Shown here: positions 24,270 through 38,430 of the stretch, piece after piece
How positions within the stretch are numbered: position 1 is the stretch's first letter
How the letters are laid out: each line of letters opens with the position of its first letter
Source: Eledone cirrhosa
Lineage: Eukaryota
Assembly: GCA_964016885.1 (NCBI GenBank)
Contig: OZ024745.1
Span: 125,426,001-125,490,000 of the forward strand
Length of the DNA stretch: 64,000 nucleotides
Direction: 5' to 3'
Made by a program: the position numbers and the translations under genes
Notes under the pieces: model-generated
Databases searched by the model: none
Told to the model about the DNA's origin: nothing
Seen by the model: the letters and a program-made list of their open reading frames with translations, nothing else

Positions 24270-25405
24270 ATAAGGTATAGGCTCATAAGTTTTGAACCTA
24301 TGGAGGGAGACCTTGATCAAGGTCGTCCCAATTGTCATAGGAGCACTAGATACTATCTCAAGGTGTTTGACGTTGAAGGAAAATCAAGTGATGTGTCAAA
24401 TCCGCTTAATATTGAGAAATAAATGATCCACTAAAGTTGAGATTGACACTATCAAGGAAGGAATACTAACACACTGGCAATGATGGGGATCATGGAAACC
24501 AAATACATGAAAGCGACAATAGAGAAGAAGAAAGTGAACCAGAACGACCAGATGATGATGCAGAATCAGAGAGACAGCTGAGGCAAGAGGAATTGGCCCA
24601 GCTAGATGGAAGTCTATTAAAGGTGGGCATACTGTCAAGGCTAAGAATGATACATCATACTGATGAACCCGAAAAACCTGTAAGTCTAAAATGAGTTAAC
24701 AGTATTTGTGTACAATATGAGATATGCAAAAGTGAATTCCCTTTTGCCGTATATGCAGACATCTAATGCCATGGAAGTAAGAAAACTGTTATGCACAGCT
24801 GGTACACTAGTTGGAAAAGGGTATGAGCAAAAACAGTCATGAGAAAGAAAAAAGAAGCCTTGGTGGTAAATACGATTCAATGGTAATGTGAAAAGTCTCA
24901 GACAAGATTTAGAAAAAATAAAAGCATGGCAAATGGAGAAATGGAAGAAAGACAAAAATGGTGAAAAAGCAAGGATAAACCAAACTTATGAAACTAGGAC
25001 GAAGGAATTCAAGACTGTAATTGAGGAAATCAAACAGAGGAGTGCTGTTCATGAATGATCTGAAGGTATTTGCTAAGAATGAAAATTGGATCGATTCAGA
25101 CTGTTCATCACTGCTTTAAGGACATTAGAATGGAATTTGGTGTTAAAAAATGTGCAGTTTTGTCTATGAGATTAGGAAGAAGAGTCTATGGCTACAGAAT
25201 AGAACTCTCAATAGAAGAGATATAACCACATCTAAAGAGCTATGATATAAATATTTTGGTGTATTAGTGGCTGAGAAAATCCTTGATAGTCAGATGAAAC
25301 AACTAGTCAAAGAAACTAACTTCAGAAGAGTAGGATTACTTGTAAAAACAAAACTAAATACACAAAGTTTGATCACAGCTATGAATTGTTGGGTTGTAGC
25401 AGTAT
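24270..25405 (+). pseudogene. Fragmented R4/Dong-like (RLE-type) non-LTR retrotransposon
   Basis: IKVVPIVIGALDTIS (C-terminal), KKPWW*IRF..VKSLRQDL (N-terminal), LFMNDLKVFAKN..DIRMEFGVKKCA, YKYFGVL, RRVGLLVKTKLN..ITAMNCWVVAV (RT/thumb). Confidence 0.65.
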
Positions 25406-25635
25406 ACTTAAATTATAACAGTTTAAATTTATGTAGGTATTTTTGTAAAATTATAAAACAATTTAGCTCTGAAATAATCTGAAAAACAAAAGAAAATCAT
25501 TTAAGAAATTTTCTAAAAAAAATTAATTTAACACATATTGAAAAGTTGTAATTTTACCGTGTTGGAGGGGTGCCTACCAACCAATTGTCTTTTCAAAAGT
25601 AGAATTGAAAAAGCACGAACCCTCCATCTCAAATC

Positions 25636-25675
25636 TACTTTTGAAAAGCATAAGAAGTGTGAAACCAGTAAAGGA
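25636..25675 (+). ncRNA. HHR family E, diverged copy, U3-A8 core
   Basis: ctt-TTGAAAA-gcat-aagaa-gtgt-GAAA-ccag-TA-aag; stem II kept by G-U pairs. Confidence 0.6.
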
Positions 25676-26156
25676 AACAAATAAATATTCTTACAAAGAC
25701 TCCAGTTGCATTTTCGATTTCTTTTCCTTATATATATGTATATATATATATAGGAAAAAGTATGACCCCGACGGCAGAGCTGAAGCCGTTTCAACGGTGC
25801 GTTATGGCCCATCTGGTTCCTTAGCACAATTCCTTTGTTTTATATATATACATTAAATTAGCAGACGGTCCCCAAATCCATATAACACCATAGTCGCAGG
25901 CTGTCCCCGAATCAAATTTCTATCTTTTATTTTTTTCTCAATCATATCTTCCATCTATCTTTCATTCTATGTTTATTTTCATCGTATTCTTGTGACGTAA
26001 TTCTGCAAATAATACCTGATTAAATCACTTTGTCCTGCATCATAAGCGGATGATAGAATTGGGCCAGCAAAATATGTATAGTGCTTTCATAGAATTAAAA
26101 TTCAAAAGTAAATTTTCCAGTCGGGCTTTCTGTTGTTGCTTTAATGAATACTTAAC

Positions 26157-26285
26157 TCCATTCCTGCATAACCACTGGATACCACATCTGACATGGAGGA
26201 ATTACACAATGTTGAGTGCTTTAATTGGTATGTTGCATCATTGTTTACTGCCCCAAACCACCAGTTGTACCCATTGGTATACAGC
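26157..26285 (-). CDS. Candidate internal coding exon, unknown protein
   Basis: ttactttAG acceptor, GTtaagt donor, 129 nt, only one frame open: LYTNGYNWWFGAVNNDATYQLKHSTLCNSSMSDVVSSGYAGM; non-repetitive. Confidence 0.35.
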
Positions 26286-26559
26286 CTAAAGTAAATTATA
26301 TATATATATATATATATGAGGAGGTTATAGTTCACTTGAAGCATTGTGTAATGAGGTATAAACGTTTGAATATGTATAATAAAGCCAAAACAATGCAGGT
26401 ATGGACATAGAAAAAAGAATACAATTGCAAAAGATATTGTTGACAAATCGTCTTTTACCTTAGATTTATTTAAATGTCCTTAATTTTCGAGATAATATCT
26501 CTTCTTCAGAGGGAAATAAAGGTCTCAAACCAGCCTTCTAAATATCTTGCCAAGCCAAG

Positions 26560-26850
26560 CATGGTGAGTTCAATTCTCAGACCGGGTGATATGTTGTTTC
26601 CTTGAGCAAGACACTTTATTTCACATTGCTCCAGTTTACTCAGCTGTAGAAATGAGATGATAGGGAATGGGGTCCCTATCATTCCACTGCAAAGTGGTCG
26701 TGGAGGTGCCACGGCAAAAAAGCACCCAGCACTCACTGTAAATGAGGTTGGTGTTAGGAAGGGCATCCAGCTGTAGAAATCAAGCCAGAATCAGTTCCCG
26801 TCCCACCCTTGCAAGCAGGGAAAAGTGGACGTAAAATGATGATGATGATG

Positions 26851-26852
<2 letters not shown>
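26560..26852 (+). mobile_element. CORE-type SINE joined to an RTE-derived 3' tail ending (GAT)n
   Basis: B box and CORE as at 1151; tail matches the 3' UTR of the RTE at 37655-37880. Confidence 0.7.
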
Positions 26853-26905
<53 letters not shown>

Positions 26906-26906
26906 C

Positions 26907-26948
<42 letters not shown>

Positions 26949-27320
26949 AGATCAAAAGATGGTTAAAAGAGTTCCATGTATTTTATTATGCGCATTTCAA
27001 AAACAAATATCATCATGAGATGACATTTGCGTTTTTGTCAGATAAAATAGGGATACATGATATGAAGGTTAAAAAACACTTGTGAATAGTGAAGTTTTAA
27101 ATCAACATATGAAAAGTAATTTAAGATTGATGTGTGATATTGGGAAAAAGTGAGGGGGCTGGGGTTGGAAAGGGTGAAAAAGAGGAGGAGATGAGAGTAA
27201 AGAATGATGGAGGAGGAGTATAATAATGAAGGATGAGATAGGGGGAGAGATGGGTGATAGAGAGAGAGAGATATTTGCATTGCTTTATTGTACTACAATA
27301 AAACTCACCTCCTACGTTTA

Positions 27321-27354
<34 letters not shown>

Positions 27355-27395
27355 CATACGTTATATATATTTATATACATATATATACATACGTT

Positions 27396-27427
<32 letters not shown>

Positions 27428-27432
27428 CATAC

Positions 27433-27489
<57 letters not shown>

Positions 27490-27490
27490 C

Positions 27491-27547
<57 letters not shown>

Positions 27548-27716
27548 CATGCGTGGAGGCATGTGTATTAGTAGTTAAAGATTTGCACTTGCAATTGAGA
27601 GGTTGCAAGTTTAATCCCCAGACGGGATGATGCATTGTGTCCTTGAGCATGACACTTTGTCATAAGCACGATTGTATCAACTGAAACACTGTTTGTTTTA
27701 ACTGACAGAGTACCAG

Positions 27717-27773
<57 letters not shown>

Positions 27774-28023
27774 CTGTAGTACAAATTTTGTATATATATC
27801 CAAACGTTTACAGCACTCAGTCTATATGACGAGTTAATTGTAATTAGTTTCAATATTTATTTGTCCATTTATAGATAATTGTGTGATTACCTATTTTTAG
27901 AACACCCCTAAATGTTCTAAAATCTCCATGGGATGGAGCCATTTTTCCTTTTTGACAGGCAGAATGAGTTGGGGTAAACAACACAATGAAACTTAAATAC
28001 CTATACATGTCACTACTCTAAAT

Positions 28024-28361
28024 CAGGGGTTCTCAACCTGGTCCATGTGGACCACTAGTGGTCCACAGGAAAATTCCGGTGGTCCACAGAAAATGTTCAA
28101 TAGTAAATTCTATTTTGATCCATGCATTTGACTTAAAGCGCTGTTCTTATTCTTCGCATAAGTACGACTTCAGCTGTTTATTTGCGTAGATTTTTAGGCA
28201 CTGCAACATGATAATAGCATTTTCTAATTCATTGAAAAAAAACATCTACTGATGCTTATAAGTAGCAGTTCTATTACAAAAGATTTAAAACTTTAGGTGA
28301 TCCACAGGAAAAAATTACTTATGTTGGTGGTCCACAGCGAAAAAAAGGTTGAGAACCCCTG
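28024..28361. mobile_element. hAT (Charlie-like) MITE
   Basis: 16-bp TIR caggggttctcaacct / aggttgagaacccctg; perfect 8-bp TSD ctctaaat (28016-28023, 28362-28369). Confidence 0.92.
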
Positions 28362-29539
28362 CTCTAAATAATATATATATATATGCATTCATATACAATG
28401 TCAGTTTTATCTTTCAGTTGCAATTGCACTGAACCAAGCAACACTCTGCTTTGATTGCTCATTCATTTTAAACATTTCCTTACCATAATTCTAATGAAAG
28501 ACGTCGCCTAAGGTTTTCAAATAATTTTGAAAATAATCAAGTATTTGAAGGTTTGTGGTAACAAACTACCTTTCTCATTACTGAGCTAGTTTTCAGAACA
28601 AATTGCTGGATTTCATTATTTCATTAGTTTTTGGAACATTGGATATAGTTGGTTAATAAACCAAACAACGTATTTTATTTGAATATCTAATTTTGTAAAT
28701 ATTCCATAGAACTATAATTTTGTTGTTTATATCTATTTTTAAAAAAAGACATCTTATGTTTTACCCCAAATGCCTGAGTAGCAATTAAAGAAGTGGTCGA
28801 TGTTATTGCCAGTAATATTGCATAAATGAATTCAAATCTTAGCCTTCAATGATGTAACCTTTCTATTAATACAGATTAATAATAGCAATAACAGTTTGAT
28901 GGTTGCAAACATTTCATTGATTTCTTGATAGTTGTAGATATGTCATTGCATGGTGATTGTAGCCATCTTAATGTCTGACCATTGCTCTCATCATTTCCTT
29001 CCTTTTCTGGTGGCTAAACATATGTTTGTGGTTTTCTATAATGTGAGGTAATATTTTTGTACATACAATAACGATATTTCTATAGACTATTTTCAACAAG
29101 TTACTTTGTGCACTTAAGTGTTGTGATCATTTTATTAATTTTCACTCATGATCATGTATTTTATAAATCTGTTCACCAATATGGACTTTAGATTAGTCTA
29201 CACATGGCTTTAGGTATCTTCCTTTTGATACTGCCATGATGCATTCCATTGTGTTTCGCTGAATTTATATATATTTGTATTTCTGTGTATGCAAGTAAGT
29301 ATGTTCAAAGAGAAGGTACTGCATTAGTTTTTCTTTCATATTTTTTCATCTTTATTGGCATTATTCTACTTGATATGTTATTTCAAGCACTAATCATACA
29401 ACTACCAATATGAGTTGCTGTATTGATGCTTTCTTAAAAACAGTGAGTATATTTGGCAATTTTCAAGTTATATATCATATATGTTACAGTTACTTTCAAA
29501 GCTATTTCATTTCAACCATTTTCACCATCCCTATATCAA

Positions 29540-29697
29540 TCATCATCATCATCATCATCGTTTAATATCCATTTTCCACGCTAGCATAGGTAGGACGGGT
29601 TGACCGTTTGGCAGAGAATCTGGTCAGAGGACCATGTTTCGCTGGGCAGATTTTGGCTTGGTTTCTACAGCTGGATGCCCTTCCTAATGCCAACCGC
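29540..29697 (-). mobile_element. RTE 3'-tail fragment
   Basis: (cat)n..tttctacagctggatgcccttcctaatgccaacc. Confidence 0.7.
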
Positions 29698-29887
29698 AAC
29701 ATAATTGCATTGGCTGTTAATATTTCCTTCATAATTTCAATAAGATAACAGTATTAATAAAAACATACATGGTGTGTATGATGATGATTGTTTAAGGATT
29801 AATTTCTTAAGACAAAGTATGAGGTAAAGTTTTGGGAGGTAAGCTTACAGTTTACTGAATTGACTCTAACATATTTCTGGAGCCTGA

Positions 29888-30742
29888 GCGGTGAATTGGC
29901 AGTATCAGTAGAGGGTCGGACGCCATGCTCTGCAGCATAGAGTTACGGCCCTTTATGGTATGAGTTCAAATCCGCCGAGGTTAACTATGCCTTTCATCCT
30001 TATGACGGGGTCGATAAAATAAACCACCAGTAATGCACTGGGATAATTGCTGGCCTTGTGCCAAAAGTAGAAACAATATATTACTGGTGCCTATTTTATC
30101 AAACCCAGAAAGATTTAAACTCAAAATGACGAAGCATGTACATTTGGATATTATAAACCACATGTTCAAAAGGCAGTGACATCACCACTATCAATTTGAT
30201 AGCAATAATTGTTTCTACTTTTGGCACAAGGCCAACAATTACCCCAGTGTATTACTGGTGCTTTATTTCATCGACCCCACAAGGATGAAAGGCAAAGCTA
30301 AACTTGGTGGGATTTGAACTCAGAACGTAACTCTATGCTGCAAAGCATGCTATATGACACTCTACCGATACTTCCAATCCACTGCTCTTTTGATAGCAAT
30401 AATAAATAATAATTGTTTCTTTCATTGGCATGCAATTCTACAAATTTTGAGGAAGTGTGTATTTAGATTAAACTCCCAAAATTACGCTGGTACTGATTTT
30501 ATCAACTCCAGAATGTTAAACACAGATTTTAACAGCTTCCACATTAAGGGATATAATAATTGTTTCTATTTTAGGCACAAGGCCAGCAATTACCCAGTAC
30601 ATTACTGGTACTTTATTTTATCGACCCCGTAAGGATGAAAGGCAAAGTTAACCTTGGCCGGATTTGAACTCAGATCATAAAGGGACGTAACTATGCTGGA
30701 AAGCATGTCTGACCCTCTACAAATACTGCCAATTCACCGCCC
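29888..30742. mobile_element. S1 SINE cluster (29888-30078 +; 30221-30383 -; 30561-30742 -)
   Basis: Consensus match; last copy flanked by duplicated ttaagggatataataat. Confidence 0.85.
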
Positions 30743-31091
30743 TTTTAAGGGATATAATAATATATTGCAAACCATTTTTGACCAATTCTAAGCAGTACTC
30801 TACTGATTCTGAAAACATAATTTGTATAATAAAAGGAATAACAATAATGACAACAGCATCAATATTATCAAAAACAATTTCAATAATAAAAGAAAGAAAA
30901 ATGTGAGATAAATGTGAGGCAGTATATATATGGAGCAAAAGAGAATGACAGCCATAAACCAAAGTTTAATATAGTGCCAGAGCATGCTTACTGTATATAT
31001 TTGTATTGATACAGTGCTAAATGCATGTCCACAAAGTAGAATTAAATGTAAAACACTATTTGTATATACATATGTATGTATATAAATATGT

Positions 31092-31155
<64 letters not shown>

Positions 31156-31233
31156 GTGTGTGTGTGTGTTTTATATAAGCTTTTATGGTTTTGGCCAATT
31201 AGCTATGACTTTATTGGACCAATGCTATGCTTA

Positions 31234-31282
<49 letters not shown>

Positions 31283-32257
31283 GCATTTACTTTATATATA
31301 TATCATACACATGGATATATATTTACATACACATATATATACATATGTTTGTTGTGTGTATGTGTTTCATTTTCTTTTTTTTTTTCAGTTTTGATATCTG
31401 GATCACTCCAAATTGGAGTCCACCTTTTTTTCATTATTTTCTCAAATATTTAACTTATACGTTACCCCAACTCCTTGTTTCAGCAATGTTGCTTTAAATA
31501 AACTTTTCGTTTATTTTTTGTTTATATTTTACCTTTACAGTTTTCCATCATTTCTTGATGCAGGTAATTATTTTGTTTATATTTTCAATGTTTTGTATTT
31601 TATTCACTTTATCTCTGATATAGATAGTTATTTTTTTTAATTTAATTTTGATTTGATTTTTCAATTTTATTTCTTCTTATATATATATATTTTTTGAATT
31701 TATTTATTTATTTGTTTAATTTGTGAAGAAAAAAACTGGTTGAAAAATCCAAAAATTTTGAATTGGTTGCATTATCAGTGCCATATTCGACGGCGTTTTC
31801 TTGAATTTATACTTATTCCTTGGCATGTATTACAGCAGATTTGGTTGACGAACACATGCTTGCAGCGGCCTCTTTCCCTAAGCTTCCTACACAGGTTAAG
31901 ATTTTCCTTTTCAGGATTTCCACATTTAAAAGAATTGCCTGTTAATGAAAGAAAAAGAGCAAAATTTATTCAGAAATTTGTATTTTAAAAATCATTAAAA
32001 ACTTTTAAAATTACAAGTAAAGTAATTATTGTATTTGATGTTGAAGAGGTTGAATGCCATAAATTAATTCCGATGCTTTTGCAGGAAAAAATATATAATT
32101 TCACAATTAGTAATTACTCCTCTCATGATGGTTTTTAAATGATATGATGTAAAAATCAAATGTTTAAATTTTTGTTCTCTTGATTTCATTATTGACATCA
32201 TACTTATGTAAACCCTTGTGGTTAATAAATAAAGCATTATTGACATTGCTATTAATG

Positions 32258-32298
<41 letters not shown>

Positions 32299-34571
32299 GT
32301 TATTGTTGTTGTTGTTGTTATTATTGGAGTTATTATTATTAGAAATCATTAATATTTTTGTATTTTCAGCAATTTTATCTTAGACATTAGAGTAAATAAA
32401 TTTATTTGTGTAAATTATGAGTAGATTTCATGGCTAGATAAGAACCGAAGTAACATACACAGATACATAGTCATAAACATATTAACATTGCTAACTACAA
32501 ATATTTTGAATCTAAAACATGCATTTTCTACATGATTCAAATCCATAAGTATACAAATCAATTAAAATTGTTAAATATTCGGTTTGTGTGATGTTTCTTT
32601 AAAATTGTTAAATATTCAGTTTTTGTGATGTTTCATTTGAATACATTGCTGCTAAGTGAACAATCTCTTGAACCAATGATGTAGTAATAAAAATGAAAAT
32701 CTAAGAAAATGTATTAGACACCATCAAAGAGAGTAATCTAAAACATCTTGGACATTCAATTACAAAATCATTTGGAACAGAGACTATAAATGAATGAGAA
32801 ACAGTAATGGCAAGGGAGAGAGAAAAAACCCAAGAGGTACATAGATAGATGTTTTCAAGTATCAGCGAAGCTTAAACAAAAATCAGTGGATGTATAAGAA
32901 CAGTGCAGAAAATCAAAATTGTGATCCATGATATTTGACCTGCTAAAAACAAACAAAACCTATGAGACAGTGGTTATATGGTTTCTCAACATGTTAAAAG
33001 TTGCATCAGACAAATACTTCTGAAATTACAACTGCCTGACTTTAAAAAAAGGAAATATTTATTGAATAATGTAGTCAAAAATTAATCAGTATCTGAAATG
33101 AGCATAAGTTTGTTTAGTTAGGATGAACCAGAGACTTATCAAAAATGACGTTTACATTTCTCTGAAAGTCATCAAATTTTAAGCAAAAGAATATTACTTA
33201 CTTCTTGACTAGGCACAAAAAAAGCCATATGATTTTAAGAATCATGACAGTCATGTTTTTTTTTCTTGGGGCGGGGTGGGGGGAGTCTTTTTCAATACCC
33301 ACAACAAAGTCTTCGGGACTGATGGGAAGAAGAAAACATTACACACAAACCAGGACCCAAAAGCTTGCAAGAGCTTAAATGTCACTATAGCCTCCTAAGG
33401 ACCAGATGTTGGTGTTAAACTGTAAAATAGATTGAGTATACCACATAAGAATTTAAAATGTAAAAGAGCTGGAACAAACACTACACAGCATGTTGTCAGA
33501 CACTCTAATTATCCCAACAAACAATCACAGTAGACTGGTAGTTTGTTTTAATGCTCTCAGAAGAATGAAAGGCAAAGTTGATCCCAGCAATATTTGAACT
33601 TACAGTGCAGAGAGCAAGAAGAAAAATCGCAAATCCTTTTATCCTATGCCGTAACAACTTTGACAATGCACTCACTTATATTTCCTAATAAACTCAAGAG
33701 GGAATTAAAACTACATCAAAGTCTTGGTTTTGCAAAATCCTATCTCTTACTCTACTGACATATACTTTTATTTGCATAATCATTACTTATACAGGCACAG
33801 ATATCTGTATATTTGTAGAATAAGTATATACTCCATTGAATCAGTCCCAGAATATGCTTGACATATTTTATGAACTCTTCTTCAAGGTATAAAATCAATC
33901 CCAAAGAATTGTGAACTCAAAATGTAGAGAGATGAAACTAAATATTAAATCTTGCACACAAACAGCCCATACATATTACATAGACACACACACATGCACA
34001 TAGACCCATTCTCTCTCTCTCTCTCTCTCTTTCCTTCACACTCAGCCATTTCCACCATCTTCTTCATATAATGGAATATGATATATAAGGAAAGAACAAG
34101 GAACTACACAGATGGCTGTATGTATGTGTGGGTGCACGTGAACATGGATGTGAGTATATAGATTGACATTCAAAGGCACACAATGAATAATAATAACATC
34201 AATAACAAAAAAGTCAAAATAAAAACGTATGCAAGCCCCATGCAGCTTAATTACCAAGCAGAAGAGTACACAATTTCTAGTTACTAATCAAGTGATCAAT
34301 TAACAAAGCTTCAGCAAAGACCGTGGGAAAAATTACCATTTTATTTTCTCTTGAACATATTAATTAACTCATCTATATCTTTTCCTCTTACACACTCATT
34401 CTATATCTCTCACTCTCTCACTCTCACTTTATATTTATATATATATATATATATATATTCATTCAATTTGCATGTACATATTCTTAATCTCTCTCTAACA
34501 GAAATATCCATAATTCCTTGCTTTCTTCCTTTTCTGACTTTACTATCATTATAGTAGTAAATATAATAAAG

Positions 34572-34642
<71 letters not shown>

Positions 34643-36051
34643 TTCATAACAATACCTTCTTTTCTCAATTACAACTGTACTAGAAGAAGCTACTTCTAAA
34701 CATATCAAGGTCATTTTCATCATCAACAGAACTTCCACCATTACTGACACCACCTTTACTATTATTAAACATAGTTGTATGATTTATGTGGCTACTTTAT
34801 TTAATTTTGTTTGGGATTTGTTAGGAGATAAAAATGCTTGTGTGTTATGTGTATATGTATGTGAGTCCAAGGAAGTATGTCCATATGTGTGCATCATTAT
34901 TGGACGACATTGACTAGATAGTCAAACGTTGATGTATATATGAATACATATAAACACAATCAAATATATGTGTATATACATTTACAAGTACCAACATGCC
35001 ATATTATATATGTATACCCATATAGACATTATCATTGTCATATGCAATTGTGATTTTTATAAATCCAAATATATTGAATGGTTAACATGGGCAGACCTAC
35101 AAACCTATATATGCAGCTTCCCTACATGTCTCAGTCCTGGGTGTCCTTTTACATCACAGATCATAGGCCTCATGCACCAGGACAGAACAAAGTGTGATTT
35201 ACCACATTGGGTCTTGTTTCCCTCATGGACTCAGCTCCCTTCTCCTATTTCTTTAATATTGCACATACACGTTCGTGCTTACTTCCCTACCTTTGTTCCA
35301 TCACATTTACCCCGGCCGTTATCACACACGCGCTTCTACATTAACCCCTAGATTCCTCTGCCTCTCTTATTGTCAGAAACATATACTCTTACAGTTGACA
35401 CAGAGCAACAAAATACGTACACACACCTCTAGATTTCCCTTCACAGCTCTGTATATACACACCCACACCCACACGCACACACACACCCTTATATTAACAT
35501 ACTTTTGCTCACAGCTTCATACTTACAAGCACACAAACACTATTTTACTTACACAAATCCTCTTAGCTTCAAACACACACATACATGCACACACATATAC
35601 CTCTATATACAAAAGGTTTTTTTTTTCCATTTCAGGTAGACACGCACCCTCATCCACTTTTCTAAAAAGGTATATCATACACAAAATGTCAGCATCAACA
35701 GTTTTCCAAGAGATGGTAACATGAATGGACCTGTTATTTTCTCTAAAAACATTTTTTCCAATTCTGTCGTGCCAGTCCCTTCAATCTTTCTAATTTCTCA
35801 TTCTTTCTTCTGATAAAGGATTAGTGTTGGAAATATTAAGGTCCTCTTCCTGCTATTTCAAGTGTTAAACTTATATATTCCTTCCATGTGTTGTTATTTC
35901 TGTTTACCTTTTGCATATATGTATGTATATATATATATATATATATATGTATAAATATAGGAATAGCAAAGTGTAAATACAGAAGAGCATCGCAGCTCGA
36001 TGGTTGAGCTCTTGTCGTTTCCAAGTGCTCAGTAACTTGGCCTACACTTTC

Positions 36052-36087
<36 letters not shown>

Positions 36088-36318
36088 TAAAATAACAGAT
36101 TAAAGTTTCAGCAAAGAATCGCTGCTTTCACCCTTAACGGGATCTTCTGATTTATTATTATTACTATATATATATATATAAACAATTAGTTATTTGGTTT
36201 GTTGATTATTCAACAAGGTTAATTTACAACAGATTAGAAGCACTCAACGATATTTATCTGGAGTATCATTAATATCAATAATATTAATAAATGGAAAATA
36301 TCTTTATAAAACTATATT

Positions 36319-36379
36319 TATTTTATTATACGTATTTCAAGGGTACTAATATTTTACTATGCTTTCATCAGATAAAATA
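36319..36379 (-). ncRNA. HHR family A, degenerate stem II
   Basis: tattttat-CTGATGA-aagcatagta..tagtaccctt-GAAA-tacgta-TA-ataaaata. Confidence 0.7.
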
Positions 36380-37234
36380 TAATAATTGGTGTAAAGATAG
36401 TGACATATCTTCATATGAACTTTATGTTATAAGTTCATTGAAGATAGTGAATATAATTTTTCAAAACTCAGGGGGAAATATGCTAATGAGGATAATGTTA
36501 AAACTGAAAAGGATCAGTCCCCCATGTAAAGTGGGTATGCAGTCGACATTAATAATGTGTCAACTCCAACCTGTAAGTTAGTCATGCTGGAGACATGATG
36601 GAAAAGAACCCAGTCCACACTGTAAGATGGGTGGCATCCAGTCATAGAAACCAAACCAAAGTACAAATCCATATGAGCAAAATGTGGTCACTTAACCTGA
36701 CTTGTTTTTTAACATGACAACCCATCTGACAATGTTAGCATGGAAAAATGGACATTAAACATTGATGAGGATGATGATGATATACATGCATACATATACT
36801 AAAATCTGGGCATTACTTTCATTAAATTCCCTTAATACCTAATTTCGCATTAGTTATGTATCATTAGAGATATTATAAAACACATAAATTTATGGGTAGG
36901 AGATATCCTATATACCGTAGTATTTACTTTGACATAGCATGAAACATAACAAGGGCTGCATATTGAAGAATATATGAAATGTTTAATAGTAAGAAGAATC
37001 TAAGTTTGAGTTTACCATATATTATTTATAATCATGCATAACATGATCTGCTCAGTGTCTTAATCAATTATGATCAGCCTGAGTCTGGTGTCAATTTGCT
37101 CATGAGATATATAGAGGATCAGAATCAAAATATTTTCATCTCATCAGAGGGCGTTAGTCCCAGTGTTTGTATAGATATGGCTTCCTAAATCCGTGTTTCT
37201 TTAGAAATACGAAATTTCCATATATATATGTATA

Positions 37235-37281
<47 letters not shown>

Positions 37282-37465
37282 GCAAAAGTTCTATTTAAAT
37301 TGTTGGGATACAACAAGTAAATATTTTTATAACTGATATAAAGCACTCGACAAGTATTTGGAGTAGATATACGATATTAATATTACTATCCTGATGTCCT
37401 CCAAAAGTAATGGTCGCATTTTGAAAGGGTACGTCAATGCTTATTTGTAAAACTGATATATATTG

Positions 37466-37530
37466 TATTTTGTCTGATGAAGGCATACCATAATTTAACT
37501 TGGTATCCTTGAAATATGTATAATGAAATA
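37466..37530 (+). ncRNA. HHR family A, best-paired copy
   Basis: tattttgt-CTGATGA-aggcatacca-taatttaact-tggtatcctt-GAAA-tatgta-TA-atgaaata. Confidence 0.82.
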
Positions 37531-37654
37531 AATATGGTTTTATAAATATAGTTTCCATTTATTAATATCGTACATATATATATATATATATATATATGTG
37601 TATGTATGTATTTGAGATGAAAAAACTTTGATACATGCACACGCACACACACAC

Positions 37655-38430
37655 ATCATCATCACCGTTTTACGTCGGTTCTTCCACGCTAGCATGGGTT
37701 AGACTGGTTGTCCTGTTGTGGGCAGTAGCCGGTTGGCTGACCATGTCTTGCTCATACGGGCACTGATTCTGGCTTGATTTCTACAGCTGGAAGCCCTTCC
37801 TAACACCAACCTCATTCACAGTGAGTGCTGGGTGCTTTTTTTCTGTGGTGCCTACAACTCCACTTTGCAGTGGGAGGGGGTGTGGCATATTGTCTATATG
37901 CTTCAGCTTCAGCTTGTACCCATGGGGGCTCAGGTCTTCTGTATTACTGCATGACACCAGAGGTCACGGTCGTGTGTCATCGCTTTTGAGAGATGTAATT
38001 GGATAAGGTCGGCTTTAATCACCTCATCCAGGTCTGCTTGGGTCTCCCCACTCTGCGGTTTCCACCAACTTCTAGTGCTCAGCACCTTTTTATGCAGCTG
38101 TCATCCTTCATACGCATCATATGTCCATACCAACGCAACCTCCTCTCCTGCACACAGCATTTGATTCCTCTTATGCTGAGTCTCTCTCTCAATTCGTTTA
38201 TGCTTTGCCGTTCGTGTGTATTACCATTACACATCCATCGGAGCATGCAGGCTCCGTTTCGTTCTAATCTACGCAAGTCTTCTACAGACAGCACCCAGGT
38301 TTCACTACCATGTAACATTGCTGTTCGTATACACGCATCATACAGTCTGCCCTATATTTTGAGGGAAAAGCTTTTTGCAGCTAGCAGTGGCAGTAGCTCC
38401 CTGAACTTCTTCCATCCCGTTCTTACCCTA
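37655..38430 (-). mobile_element. 3' fragment of an RTE-clade LINE with long 3' UTR and (GAT)n tail
   Basis: MLHGSETWVL..MLRWMCN..RRLRWYGHMMR..GRPKQTW, followed by UTR ending gacgtaaaacggtgatgatga. Confidence 0.85.

Noticed and set aside
31838-31894. Possible small plus-strand exon (DLVDEHMLAAASFPKLPTQ) and 23-nt micro-exon near 31541-31563
   Set aside because: Splice-like signals only; too short to support without RNA data
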